From Fimbriosthenelais zetlandica (taxonomy: Eukaryota): a stretch of DNA of 64,000 nucleotides. Position numbers and translations under genes: made by a program. Positions within the stretch are counted from its first letter, which is position 1; each line of letters opens with the position of its first letter. The DNA lies in the NCBI GenBank assembly GCA_977030845.1, contig OZ365115.1:30008001-30072000 (forward strand), written 5' to 3'. Below are positions 1 through 49,336 of the stretch, in pieces. The notes beneath the pieces are model-generated. The model made no database searches and was not told the origin of the DNA. It saw only the letters and a program-made list of their open reading frames with translations.

Positions 1-410
1 ACGTATGAGGACCTTTAGATTTATCTTTATTTGGTGAAACAAGTTGTGGGTTGATTTTCATGTTTTCAAGGATAGGTAAAGTTATAATGGCACTATCTGT
101 GGGCGGCAGTCCATGGCAAACTTGAACAGAAAATGTAGTGTCTTAAACTTCTGCTTGGAATATGTGGAACACTTATTATGAAAAGAGGAGATTTATTGAG
201 TCATATCCTGGCAAATAGAGAAATTTCTATGTAAAATTAAGCAATTAGGGCAATTTAATAGGTCCTCACTTCCGTATTCGTCACCCCATATAAAGTATGT
301 TATAAAGAGAATGAAGGTTGAAAAATTATCAATTGGGAACAAAAGACCATACAGCCCTGGGTACCCTTGTTCTGACTCTGCCTCTTGTTGGTTGGTGCTG
401 TTTCCTGCAG

Positions 411-32030
<31,620 letters not shown>

Positions 32031-35000
32031 CAGGAAGCGGTGACCAGGGCAAGCAGTAGCGACCTAGTCGCATCATGCTCAGCAAAACTTTGTTGATGTT
32101 GGACCAGAGAGCTCTTAATGCTACTTCGACCAAGAACTAACTGCAAACAAAAATTATTATTAATTACTCAAATAAACTAATCAACCAAATCCAATCAAGC
32201 ACTCAGGTCATAATGGCGTATCAGTTCCTATACTAAGAGGATAGAAGTGCATGCCACTATAATAATAGAGGAAGTGAGTAGGTAATAAAATGAGGGCGAC
32301 GGCATCATCATGTCATGCTGCTGCCGTCGTCATGATCTAGGGCAACAAGTCATTACATCGGGTGTCGCTAGATTCTTTATGGACAAATGGTTTAAGTGAT
32401 CCATGTGGTTTAAGGAAAGAAGTTTACTATGTGAAATGGAATTGTAGTGTATCGGTCACTTCAATACATTCTAACTGTGGCAGTATCGCCACAGTGTTGT
32501 TACTTTTGAGGCCACACTAGTGCTCCATGTGTGATTGTCTTTAGCGTTTAGTGCTCCTCGGTTGAGTGGCAAAACATGTAGATCATTTAATGGTTATTCC
32601 TATTCAACCAGATAAGAACTAGTGTAAATACTCAAACCTGCACCTTTGTAGTTTATGTTGGGCAGCAATGTTGGCGCTATGATGATTTGCCTTGCCCAGG
32701 TTAACCCACCTGGACTCACCTTCCCAAAATGTTACACTCAACTATAATATAAAGTAACTTGTAAAATGACCCTAGTTTACATCATCACACCATAGCCACA
32801 CTGTCTCGACCATTGAATGTGATACTGTCAGACTTGTTGTATAAAGTTGTTATGCAAGCACGTGAAAATACAGAACAAACAAAAGAAGATCCACTCAGTA
32901 CCTATAGACTGTGGAACTTATTTGTGATGATAAGAGTGACAGGTCAACCTCTGTGAGGCATTAGTCTCTTCTCTCTCTATTAAGCTATTTTCATAAACGA
33001 TTTTTAGTGTCTGCAACTGACAAATGTATTCACATTAACTTCATTTGTTGAAAAATTCTTATGTTCCTTTTAGATCCATTAGGGCTACTCTTTTTAAATG
33101 AAGCAAATCAGCACAAAGCAGTCGCAGAAGAGTAGAATATGTAGGCTGTATTTAATATTGTTCAAACTTTATCTTCTCTTCATTTTGACAATTGTTTGAT
33201 TGGATCAGAGAAGTGCCATACACAAGGACAGTTGTGCCACAACATGGGATACCTCGAACCTAAGGTAGACCTCATGCATATATTTTGCATTATTTAAAAC
33301 TGCCACACTTTGTCCTTGAGAGCTCATCTTGTCTCTCGCACTTCGTCATCACTTCTTTTAGTAAAAGTGACAAACGTGCCAAACAAAATCGTGCAGTCTT
33401 CTCTTTTTAACTCTTGTTTCCCTATGGGAAAATACAGGAGATGAGAAGGCTTCTACTAAGGGCAGATAAAAAACAAGCTTCTCCCAAAATATATCTGACG
33501 TTATCCCTTTTTTCAGTTTTAGTTCTTCAGTTTCTGGAAGAAATTGTATTAAGAGGTTTTGCAATGTGAACGTGAATTGTTTCTAGTCTGCCCTTAGTGT
33601 TACTAAAATAAGGGTTTATTCAAGTGCCATACATGATCGTTGTGAACTGAGCAAAACAGCAGTCAGTAATGGAAGAAAGACATAAACACAGACGTACACC
33701 AAAACAAATTCCTGATCACCTCACATTTTTTTGGTCAAAATAACCAATTTTGATGACTTCTACTTGTTACGATATAATCAGTCTTGATTTTATACCATGG
33801 GCAATGTTTCAATGATTTGCCAGTCATGTGAAAAGTCCCATGTTTTATTTTTAAAATGTTTTATTAAAATTATTTAGAGCGGTTCCTTGTTTCTGGGACC
33901 TTATGATAGCCCAATTATCTGTGCATTCCATCAGACAGTGGTTTGTACTGGAGGCTGCTGCTGTAAGTCCCAATTCTTTTTTCCCTAAATTCATTTTTAT
34001 GAATAACAGTACACACATATTACATAATCATCAATCCAAGTCTTCTGATACAGATATCATTCCAAAGTCATAGAACAATGCATTACTGCTGCTCTCCCTC
34101 AGACTTGGCACAGCCAGAAGATAAAAACTTACAGTTCTTCCAAAAGTCTGAAATGTTCTCCCAGTATATTATACAGGTCATACCTGTCCTGTCGGATATT
34201 GCAAAACTCACGGCAAATATCATCTATGTGCGGCGCAACCCTCTGTCTTTTCTGTTCTATGAGAAATTACATTACATTAGTCAGTGTGTTTAGTTGTCTA
34301 GCTGCTGCTATTGCTGCTGATGCTTCTATTTATTTGTACTGTTCTAACAGTCAGTCAAAACAGATCATAATTGAAGTGAGTGAGTTCTGAATAAGTTGAG
34401 AATTTGAAATCCCTGTAGCAATAAAATCCACATTCATCACGCTGTAACTGATATAAATTGTGACAAATTGTGAAATCTATGATAGAATTATTTAGCAAGA
34501 TGGCCGAAGGAGGATCATGAAATACTTGTGATTTGGTCAGTTGGTCGGTAAAAGAGTTTCCCAGGCAGTGTAAATGGTTGATAAATTTGAGATCAGACTG
34601 CCCGGTGACTAGCCCTGGATAGTTGGATGGAATTTGATCTCGTACCCAAAGCAATAGAGCTGGGTGTTAGAAAGTATGAGTGATCATATACCAGCTACTA
34701 TGGTCAGCTCCTGGTGTGATTTCCTCTGTGTAACCCTGGTATGGTAGGACTTCACAATTCATTTTTTCCCCTTCAATCTAGTGTTCTGTTTCTTCTTTGT
34801 TAAATCTGTTGTATATAGACGTACTTTATACAGGTTCGTGGCAGTTGGTGCTGAGGTGGCCAAAAGAAAACAGGGTGTTAGAAAAATCACTGTCATGCGG
34901 CCTCTGTCTGTATGGTTATTAAGGCAAACTAATAATTGTACTTGTGTGTGTATATATAATGATATATATTAGGGTGAAAAATTAATCTGAGAAATAGAAT

Positions 35001-38000
35001 CAAAACTGCGATATTAATACCACAAATAATGCGCATCTCCCTCGACATGTTTTAATATATTGAAAGGTTGTTTGTGGCTGGGTGGGTCAAGTGTTTTATA
35101 AAGTTATCCTAATACTTCTTGTGGTGTTTTCAAAGCAGCAGTCAATATGTGCACAGGTTCGTTATACAATAGTGGTTCATTGGTTCAATCTTTTTGTTCA
35201 GTAACTAAACAAGTATGGCACAAAATCAAAAATATCAAAACAAGGGAACAAAAGGGATTTGCTGATTTATGTTGGCCCTGATCTAATAGGAAGGTGTACA
35301 AAAACTTTACATTCAGAAATGATAATTTTGAGATGCGATTCAATGTCACTCGAGTCACTATGTATATTTCTTCATGTAGCAGGCCAGTGACCCAAAGACC
35401 TCAGTAAGAAATGCAGTCAACTTTCAGTTGGAAAATGAAAGAGTCTAAACAGATAGCCCACCACATGGATCCTCAACTAGGTGATCTCTTAAAACAAAAA
35501 GTTACTATAGGGTTTTTGATTAAGAGCTGATGGTAGGCATTGAGGTAGTAGTGTCAGGAAACCAAGACCGTTGAGCATGCCTGCTGTGATACAAGAATAT
35601 CATGTGCCTCCTTCCATGCGATAGTTCACTTAGGCGATTAAAACCTTTGGCAAGAGCAATACAAATTACCCAGTGTTAACATGTTCTAGGTTTGTATGGC
35701 TATTACAAACTCATTTGCTGGCTTGAGTTGCTTAGACACTGTTGGTACAAGTGGGAGAAGAATGCCCTGTAAATGATAAAGAATGGCCGACTTAGGGCTT
35801 GCTTTGTATTCAATGGAAAGATCTCAGAATTAGACATAAGGTAATTATTATCACTGATGCCTCTTGCAGAGGACTGGGTGAGCATTATTCATTTGGGTAT
35901 TAGTGAGTGACAGTTTTGCATTTTGGCAGCATGAAGCTCCACTGTAATTCCTCATAAATCAAGTGTCATATATCTGAATATCATCATGATCGTTTGAGAT
36001 GAGTACAAGTGGACATTCTGTAGCACAAGTGTCACATCTGATTGATTGTAGTAACGGCCCCAATGTTCCGAGAATACAAATTGAAAGTCTTGGTACTCGT
36101 TGCTGCTAAATTTCTGCCAGAAGTCCAAGCACAAATCATCATCCTTGTTCTGCACACAACTTCTGAAAGTGAGGATATTCTAATTCATAAAGCAAATGGA
36201 AAGTGCTTCAGATGCACATGAGAAAATTTCAAAGCATGCTGTCTGAAAGTGTCATGAAACAAAAGATATTTGCATTGCTCACAATAATGTCCCTGGGTGG
36301 TTGGAGAAACTATTGGTGAATCTGAACACTTCTTAAAGATTTAAGCCAAGTCAATGCCATCTGTTCAAACACTTCTAATTTTCTTTCTCTGCTGAATCAC
36401 AGTTAGAATCCATCTTTACCCCTTGTCTTTGTACTCTTGTTCATGTCTGAGCTTTGTTTCACATACTCATAAAGAAGCAATAGTATGTATAAATATACCT
36501 GTATGTATTGGATATATTCAGTCGGTATATTTATATAAATAGAGAATCTTCTGTGACCTTGTGTTGACCTGGTATTTTGCAATTTTCACTCCTAAGTGTC
36601 TTAGCTGAAATTGGTATTGGCGCACAGGTGCCCATATGTTCTGATACTAGTATTGACTCTGCCCTTCAGTTTTCATAACGCCATAAAGAATAGCACTGTC
36701 TTGTATGATTGACCTTGAGGATAGTTTGAACAGACCTGCTATAGGGACAGTCTGTCCCTTGTGTTTATGTCTCTGTAGAACCAAAGAGGAAAAAGCTACC
36801 AACAAGATGATAAACCTAGAGCACTGCATGTGATTGAACAGTGATCTTCAATCCTTACTCAAATATTATCAAGTGTTGCTCAATTCTGAAGAAAACTATG
36901 GAAAAATCTCCCTTTACAAGGAAGAGAGCTACCTAACTAGAGTAAAGGATGATGTACGTAGAGCGAAATAAGGATCTAGGGGCGCTAGTGCACTGGTTTA
37001 TTTCCAATTACACATTGTAATGTGTAAGGAGGTCTGCTTTAGCACACCAGGACCATGACACAACACAAGCTAGCTGATCATTAGTAAATTATTACTAGTT
37101 CATCCCAATTAAGCATTTGGAAGATTGAAAGAAGTGTAAAAGTATACAAGTTGGTATTGGTAAAGTAGGCCTTAGCATTGTATATACGTGTACATTTGAA
37201 TGTACATTGTAGAACCGTTACCTAGGACTTGTGTACAATTGGTGTACAGTGTTGTACAGTTGTCACTGTTATGAAAAATACAACTTCTCTCCTCATGTCC
37301 TGACCAAAAATCACAACATACCCTAGTTATCGGGGGCTTGCACTATTCTTTCTCCTAGTGTAAATTGTAGTTTGAAATTGGTCTATTTTGTTAAACGAAT
37401 TGGTGTCTCATGCACTTGGTGTACATTCCTCTTCGGTATATTCATCTCTGCTCAAAGAAGGAAACTAGTGGATATCTATGCTTTAGAGGTTTGACCAAAA
37501 CGTGGACCATTCCATCACCTGTTGATAGTTGCAGTGACTGGAAGGAGCATTACTGTAGTAGTACACTGCCATGCTAAATATTAATAATTATATTGTAATA
37601 TAATGGGTCATGTTCCCTCTTTTTTGGCGCTGCATATTCAGCAGCATTGAGTTTGGTATAAAAGTTGGAATGGATGGAATCAATCATGATGTCCCTCATT
37701 GTAAGTAAGTCACCATCATTCACCATGGAAGGATTGGCAGAGTGAAAGGCATTGTGGTAGTTGACCCAAGATTTTTCTTTTTAACTATTAAACAAAAAAT
37801 AATTGTTTAACACCATAACATTGCAACCTGCACACTGTAGTAGTTCTCTTGTTGTAGAGATATTGGGGAGGCTGTTATCCCTGGACTTCTGGTTGTTAAC
37901 TGAGTGAATCTGTAACTGTATTCAGATGTATGTTGTATCACATAACTGAAGGTTATGATCAAGTAAAGGAAAGCTTTGTATATATTCACGGGCGCACTAG

Positions 38001-38495
38001 AGGAGAGGGAAAGAATGGAAAATGTTTGTCTATTTAAAGAAAGTACTACTACAATAATATGAGGACAAATGGCAATGATATTCATAATAGGGTCATTTTG
38101 AATTGTATAAGTCAATCAAAAGTTTTTACTTTATGATGTGTATCTGATCGGTGAAATGCAGTTGAATCACTCAATGAGTCAAACCACGTGTACTTCTGTA
38201 TAATGACGGTAATAATGATAATATTGATAGTATGATAGGCCAGTCCCATCCCATTGGTAGTTGGACAGATTATACCTGTTCAGATCATTCACCCCATTTG
38301 AGATTCTCGTCATCATTAATTGATAAAAAAAAAAATGCATGATGCAGTGCCCGCCTGAAACACCTTGTAGAGCTAGCCAATGAGCCCACTAGGAATTTCC
38401 AAAGAAAGACAATAAGAACTAAAACGTTCATCGTACACTTTCCACCCACGGTCCACTGCCATTATTACCTCTCCGTCAGGTCATGGTCTTAAGGT

Positions 38496-38541
38496 GCTGC
38501 CATCTAGTGGTGCAACAGGCGTGTGCTGCCACCTGGTATGG
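38496..38541 (-). promoter_or_regulatory. Tandem CTCF-like motifs between liprin-alpha and Dispatched
   Basis: The minus strand reads gcaCCACTAGATGGCAGc (38513-38496; matches CCASYAGRKGGCRS) and ccatACCAGGTGGCAGc (38541-38525; partial match). Confidence 0.5.
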
Positions 38542-40061
38542 TCTCAAAAAGTACCAGGTGTCACTTTAATAACAGGCGGTGCTGCCCTTAACAAGGCAAG
38601 CAGCGCAATATCACTAAGTATACTACTAATGGTGTATCGTGTGAGTGTTGACTCGTAATGTTTCTTCTTGATATGTTTTAGCTAGTCCTGGTAAAGTCAG
38701 GGGTGCAGATTAATGAATTATAGAAAGAGGACCATACATGTATGTGTGGATGCATGAATGTATTTCTACTTGCCTGCAGAACGGTAGGATCGGTGTGAAT
38801 GGAAGGGAACACAAGATTGAATGAATGATAAAGTATATCATTGTGGCCCAACTACACAGTGTTAATTAAAGCAGGAGGTGTATCTCCTGAAACAGTCCTG
38901 AGTGACTGGTTTATATATACATATAAAATATATATATAACTTGAGAGAAATAAAACAGTAAGTTATTTCATACATAACGTTGTTGTCGTTCATTAAAGGG
39001 ATAAATGGGAGTTCAATGAAAATTAAACGAATCACAATATCTAATTTAAACTGTCAGCAGAGACAGACATTTATCCCTTTAAATTTTTGTTTAACATAAT
39101 AATTTTTATTGAAAGACCTTATTGAGCATTATTATGGGATATCTGAAGGTTAGTCGAACAAGAGAAAAATTATTATAATGCTGACTTGGTCACAAGAGAT
39201 TAGAGTAATTAGCAATTCGCCAATGATACCAGTAAGCCTAAAATGCAAGCCGGAAAGCTTCTTCTCTTGATAAGTTAACTAATTAACTAATGCTGCTAAA
39301 ATAAAAAAAGTAATATCATTTCCCCATGGTATTATATTGTTTACATTGATAATACATTTGCTCCTATCGTATTTGAGCACAATCATTGAATTCGTGTTCA
39401 TCATTGACGTTTAAACGCAGTTTATCATTGACCTTGTTATATTGGCTTGGTACACCTGTTTGAAAATGGCGCGTCTGCAAACACCCTCCCACCACCTCCA
39501 ACCCACATCCCTGACCTACAATGTCTACCTTCCTGTTCCGGTGAAGTGGGTGTATACATGTTTTGTTGACATCTACAGGAACAGAGGTGGTGAAACACCA
39601 TAAGAACCAAGGCCCAACAACACCTTTTAATTCGAATATCTGTGGCCAGTTACTTTGATAAAATTTACCTGACTAGATCTGATTTGCTATAGATAATTCC
39701 TGATTGCCTGGTGTACATATGGATTAAGGATTTACTACGTTTCAGCCCATGCAGGATCCAAGGGCCAGTTGATATTTCTAGTCATTCGAACGTTATTATC
39801 CTTCTTCGGATTATAGTTCCTGGTGATGATCTAATCTTCTGACATTCAAATGGTTATAATGATTCTCTTCAGGGAGAAGAGTTTAAATATCTGCCATATT
39901 ATTTAAGGTTATTATTTATTAAAATATTGTTAGTACCTATTTTTGTGCACACAGCAGATCTGACTATAAAACCTGTAACACAGTTAAGCACCTTTAAAAT
40001 AACCTGATTCAGTCAGGCCTTCCTGGAATTATAATAGTAGGCCTACTGAAGACAAGGCAGC

Positions 40062-40201
40062 ATGGATTTAGATGACAGAGCTCTCCTTCGCAGCAGCAGA
40101 CCAGACAATGGTACCTCTTCACTTGCATCTACTCCATCAAATTCAGATGAGAGTTTGCTCAGTTTAGATGGAGGTTTTGTACGGTACAAAAAACCCAACA
40201 T
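40062..40201 (+). CDS. DISP: Dispatched-like coding exon 1, MDLDDRALL...KKPN (phase 2 end)
   Basis: agcATGG with an upstream in-frame TGA (40047); AT|gtgagt. Confidence 0.8.
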
Positions 40202-43200
40202 GTGAGTTCTTTACATTTTAATTTTGCCTAAGAACTTATTGGGGACTTTTATAAGAAGAAATCCATTTAAGATTATTAAGGAAGTTAATACAATTAATCA
40301 TTTATGTCTGTTGCAATTAAGCCTTTGACTATTGCTTATAGTATTTGGAGGAGGTTGAAGGGTCCCACCAGCTAACAAAGCTAAAATTTAATATACCTTT
40401 AAAATGATTTTCTTGTTTTTTTTTGTTTTCAGAGTAGTACAGATGTATGCTCGTTTCTACTGGATCGTGGCTCTGTTCTCGGGTTGTATTGGTGTTGGCT
40501 GTATACTAATATCAATATTCGCCATTCCAATGCCGTCCTTCCTGGATGAAGGCAGTGATCCAACAGCGGTAATTAAATATTATGGTATATTGGATATCTC
40601 TGCTTTTTACATTAGTTTCTTAGAAGATTAAAACTTTTGTCTGTGACACTAGTCCATTATTTCTGGCAATATATTTTACACTTTTCAGGGCTTTCAAGCA
40701 CGACACACGTATATCAGTTTGAGGCATACAACCTTTCTTGCGTTGCTGGCTTCACCTATGACTGATTTGCCCCAACAGTCGCAGCCTACAGCACTTAAGA
40801 GACGTGCCGTAGTGATTGCAAACCATGATACCAGCTACTCAGCAGCTAATACTAGTAATATTAGTAGTAGTAAGAGTAGTAGACCTACTACTACTACTAC
40901 TACTACTACTTCCACGACTTCTACTACTACTACTAGGCCTAGTAGTAGGCCTACTACTACGACAACTACTTTACATCCACCAGTGGGTAAGTGAACCAGA
41001 ACCTAGATAGCATTACGTATTTTTACAATAAATTCTGTACACTTAAAGGAAGCATATTATTTTCATGATAATTGCTAATATCACCAGTGAATATGTTTGT
41101 CTAAGAGAGATTTTATATCAGTCTTTGTTTGTATAACATAGAGATTGGAAGCCGTCATACAAACTACCCTGGACCAGCCTGTTTAGATCCACAAGTGAGT
41201 AAGTCCGGTAAGTGAACCAGAAACTAGACGGATCTAACATTACATATTTACCATAAATTCTGTAAATCAAAATAGGAGGAAGCATGTTGAGGGGAACATG
41301 ATTCCCTTTGTGAAAATAGCCAGTTTTTAGCCAAACACCAGTGAGGCTGCCCAAGAGAAATTTTATATCACTCTTTTGTTTCAGATATTCGGAATCGTCT
41401 GAAGTTGGTCTTTGAGTCAAATGAACCTGACAGGGACCTCTTCAACCTGCACAGCTTCCAGTCTATTTGTGATATTGAGAATACTTTCATCCGTCCATCG
41501 CTTCCTCGTTCCATTGTGAACTACCCCTGCCCCTACATGATCTCTCTACCCACCATTACTGCAGCATATAGTAGAAAAAACTGCAAAGACATGACTGAAC
41601 AAGATGTAACCAACATGAAAAACCTCCTAGCTGACTGCTACCCTTATTATAAGAAAACACATTCGCTGTTGGGCACACGAGCACCAGCAAAATGTACCAG
41701 CACAGTGAACACAATTTTCTATTATCTCACAGATGTTAACTTCAAACCATCTCATAACGCGAGTACTAAACTAACGTATACCACAATGATCTACAGTTGG
41801 ACTAACACAAGGACGGACTATTTCAAGAGGGTGTTTGAAGGGAAGCATATATCTCATGGATCTGTGAAGCTAGTGTCGGTCTATGGGAATTTAGATGAGA
41901 AATTCGAGCTGTTTGAGGACTATCTGCTTTCAGATTTGGAGTATTACATTGGTGCTTTATCCTGTAGCCTTATTGGAATCGTCATGTTCCTTTACCTTTT
42001 TTCCTTTGTATTGGTAGTGGCCTCCTTTATCAACGTCATTTTCTCATTTGCCACAGCCTATGTATTTTATTACTACGTGTTTGGTATTCATTTCTTCCCG
42101 TTCATTAATCTTCTGGCTGCTCTAATCCTTGTGGCCATTGGAGCTGATGATGTTTTTATTTTCTATGATTCATGGAAGCAAGCAAAGAAGGATGACTCTG
42201 ACGTGCCTTTAGAAAACAGGATTGGGAGAGCTTTCAGCCATGCTGCTGTCTCTATTGCTGTCACCAGCCTTACTACTGCAGCCTCTTTCTTTGCAAATTA
42301 TAATACCAAGATTGTCTCCATCAAGTGCTTTGCCATCTTTGCAGGTTTTGCTGTGCTTGCTAATTTCTTTTACATGCTCACCTGGACTCCGTCCATTATT
42401 GTAGCAATTGAGGTGGTGGAAAAGTCTATGAAATATTTACTCCAGGCCCTTAAACGTGCTTTTCATGTTGTTATTGCCTGTAGGACAAATATTTCTCGGG
42501 TTATATTCAACCAAGCACTGCCTTGGTTAATAGAAAAAGCTTGGTTCATATGGATCCCCCTCTTCTTACTAATCGGTGTTGGTGGCTTTGTCATTGTACT
42601 CTATAAACCTGGATTGCAACTCCCCAAATCCAAAGAATTCCAGCTTTTCAGCTCCAATCAGTTAATGGAACACTGGGATCAAACTACAAAGATGCAGTTT
42701 ATGTTTGAAAGAGACAATGTTGACAGACAGCTTATCGGACTTCATGTGATCTGGGGTGTCTTGCCCCGTGATAATGGTATGTGGTACAATGTAAGCGACA
42801 TAGGAACATTAGTGCCTGACAAAGACTTTGACATGTTTGCCCCAGAATCACAGCAATTCATGGTGGATTTTGTTAACAGCACTCTCTATTCTGACATAGT
42901 GGACGTTTCTGACTATATGAAGAAGAATAAGCTATCCATTTTTGAAGCTATTCAGCTTATGTTATATAATTGCAAAAATCCTCCCGGGAAGGACACTGTC
43001 TTTGATTCTTACAGAAATGAGATTTGTGTTGAAAATGAGACCGAAATACCTTTCTCTAGAGCCTATCTCCAGCAGAACTTTGCTAAGTTAGTTACAGTTG
43101 TCCAGCAATTTGTCGATAAGCAACGAATCATTGGTCAGCCTAAGTTCAATAATGCCAGCCTTGGTTGCTTCATCATATCTATAAGAAGTAATCAATATTT

Positions 43201-44008
43201 CACTACTTCCTATGATGAAATGGACGAGTTCTATAAAAAGATGGATGCCTTTATCCGGAAATGGAACATGCGTGCGCCAGTTGGCCTCAGTCGAGGTTTT
43301 GTTTCAGGCTATTGGGACTTTACTTTCTATGCCTTACAAAAAGCCCTAGCCGATGGGACCTACTATTCTATTATGTGGTCACTAACTGGTGCTGGTATTT
43401 TGATGCTTCTAACTTCCCTCAACCCACTCTTGACAATCTATGCCATGGTGACCATCACTCTAGCCATATCTTCCACTATTGGCAGCTTTGTTTTGCTTGG
43501 TTGGCACTTGAACATTATCGAATCTATTACCCTGTCCCTTGCTGTAGGGCTTTCTATAGATTTCACCATCCACTATGGCATGTCTTATCGCTTATCAAAG
43601 GAAAAACACAGGCTGGCAAGAACAAGGGAAAGTTTCTCTCGAGTTGGCTCAGCCATTGTCATGGCTGCTTTTACCACTTTTGTGGCTGGAGCTGCTATGA
43701 TGCCCACCAACATACGACCTTACTTTCAACTAGGGGCTTTCCTTATGGTGGTTATGTCCCTCAGCTGGCTCTATTCCACCTTCCTCTTTATGTCCTTGTG
43801 CAGGATCATTGGACCTAATGGGAACACCTGTCAGATTCGATTTCCTTGTTGGAAAAAGAAGAGAAATGATGAAGAGGAGCGTGAAGAGGAGGAAGAAGAA
43901 GTGGCCGGTATATACCAGTCCCCGTTTAGTACGAGTGATCCCACCCTGCAGTTAAACTCACTGGATCACAATGTGGCACCCATAGATGATTTCATGATCG
44001 TTGCTTAG
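40062..44008 (+). CDS. DISP: Dispatched-like RND/sterol-sensing-domain membrane protein, about 1087 aa, 5 coding exons
   Basis: Many hydrophobic TM segments; FFPFINL and AIGADDVF (TM4), GLSIDFTIHY (TM10) and TTAASFFANY match Dispatched; large final exon. Confidence 0.93.
40433..40568 (+). CDS. DISP: Dispatched-like exon 2 (TM1, ...PSFLDEGSDPTA)
   Basis: gttttcag|A...GCG|gtaatt. Confidence 0.9.
40689..40986 (+). CDS. DISP: Dispatched-like exon 3 (GFQARHT..., Thr/Ser-rich tract)
   Basis: cttttcag|GGC...GTG G|gtaagt; DPTA-GFQAR parallels the DPLLGFEPR motif of Dispatched. Confidence 0.9.
40987..41384 (+). repeat. Two homologous introns (40987-41141 and 41208-41384) from a tandem duplication
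   Basis: Shared blocks: gtaagtgaaccagaa.ctaga, cattac.tattt, ataaattctgta, aggaagcat, caccagtga, aagaga.attttatatca.tcttt. Confidence 0.85.
41142..41207 (+). CDS. DISP: Dispatched-like small exon 4 (E)IGSRHTNYPGPACLDPQVSKS, phase 1/1
   Basis: gtataacatag|AG...CCG|gtaagt; second in-frame donor at 41199; supplies a Cys upstream of the LKLVFES motif. Confidence 0.75.
41385..44008 (+). CDS. DISP: Dispatched-like last exon (2624 nt)
   Basis: ttttgtttcag|AT; long ORF ending in TAG at 44006-44008; AATAAA at 44566. Confidence 0.96.
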
Positions 44009-45276
44009 GTTCATGAGCTGAAATGTTAATTCTTTGTATCTCTCTTGTTCCATTCTCTGCTTTTGGAAAGGTGGTGGGGTTTGTCTTGTTCTGAAATTAA
44101 TCTCTGAATGTGAAATGCCTTTGCCTTTGAAATAATGTTCATAATTATGCTCTATCTTCTATAAGATTGTTTTAATTCGCTGGTCGAATTTTACACTAGG
44201 TTATGTTAGGCATACACGTACTTTTGTTTCTGTTATTTTCGTGTTTTGTAGATTATCTTATAAATACCTCTACATGTTGGCCTACAAGTTATAATTAAGT
44301 TAACTGCGATTTCGTTACATAGTGTTCTCTTAGTTATATGATTATAAAAGTTATATCTTTTTTCAGATCTGATATATATTTTTTAATTTACATATCTTTT
44401 ATATGTGACTATGCAAGATTATTTCGTCCATTTTTGTATTAACTTGTGTGAATTAATTAATGTATGTGGGACCAGTGCATTTATTCAAGAGAATTAACGG
44501 GTGTGCTACTAGTGATACATTGTTTTGCCGTACAGTGGAGAGTCGAATACGAATGTTGAATTCACAATAAAGTAAAGTATGAGGGACCAGTGAATTTAAT
44601 GAAGATCATATAAATATGTCTACAACCGTATGTTCATAGATGGGTTGTTCAGGCAGTAAGAATACAGAAGGGAATAGATGGATATATTTCCATCACTCTA
44701 GCATGGTACTGAAAAGATTGATGACCTACTTAGATGCGCTGTTATTATTAAATTATAACTGTAAGCATTGTGACCATACAGGTCGTGTTGATCCTTAATA
44801 TAATCTTAGTGTGTACATTTTACCATTGCTGGCACTCTAACAGAGCGTTTAGCACGATTATAAATTATATTGTGGACATATTGGGCTAAGCATATATGAA
44901 TTGTGTAGATGCTATTTTCCATGGTGTAAATTTTCTCTGCGTAATTAATATATATTCAGGAAAATGATCTGATATAAGCTATTGTGAAAAGAAGACTCAT
45001 GTCTTCAACTTACCAAAATATATAACTGACATATGAAGGCAAGTTTGTCATCGTGTACTTCATGAAAATTGGATTACAGGAATAATAAATGTTGTGAATC
45101 TCTGTATCCTCCTGAATTTCCTCTTCTGTAGCGTGGACCACTGTAATATATATTACCACCTATAATACTGTATAGGATTAACAGACACCAGCTGGAATAC
45201 GACCAGACACAATCAATGATTGTGATTGTATCTTCAATTGAACCATGGTGATCCCATGTTTCAATGTACTCATTAC

Positions 45277-49304
<4,028 letters not shown>

Positions 49305-49336
49305 TTTATGGATTGAGGAGCCTAGCTGTTAACTTC

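Noticed and set aside
43261-43818. 185-aa alternative-frame ORF inside Dispatched
   Set aside because: A shadow ORF of hydrophobic TM codons.
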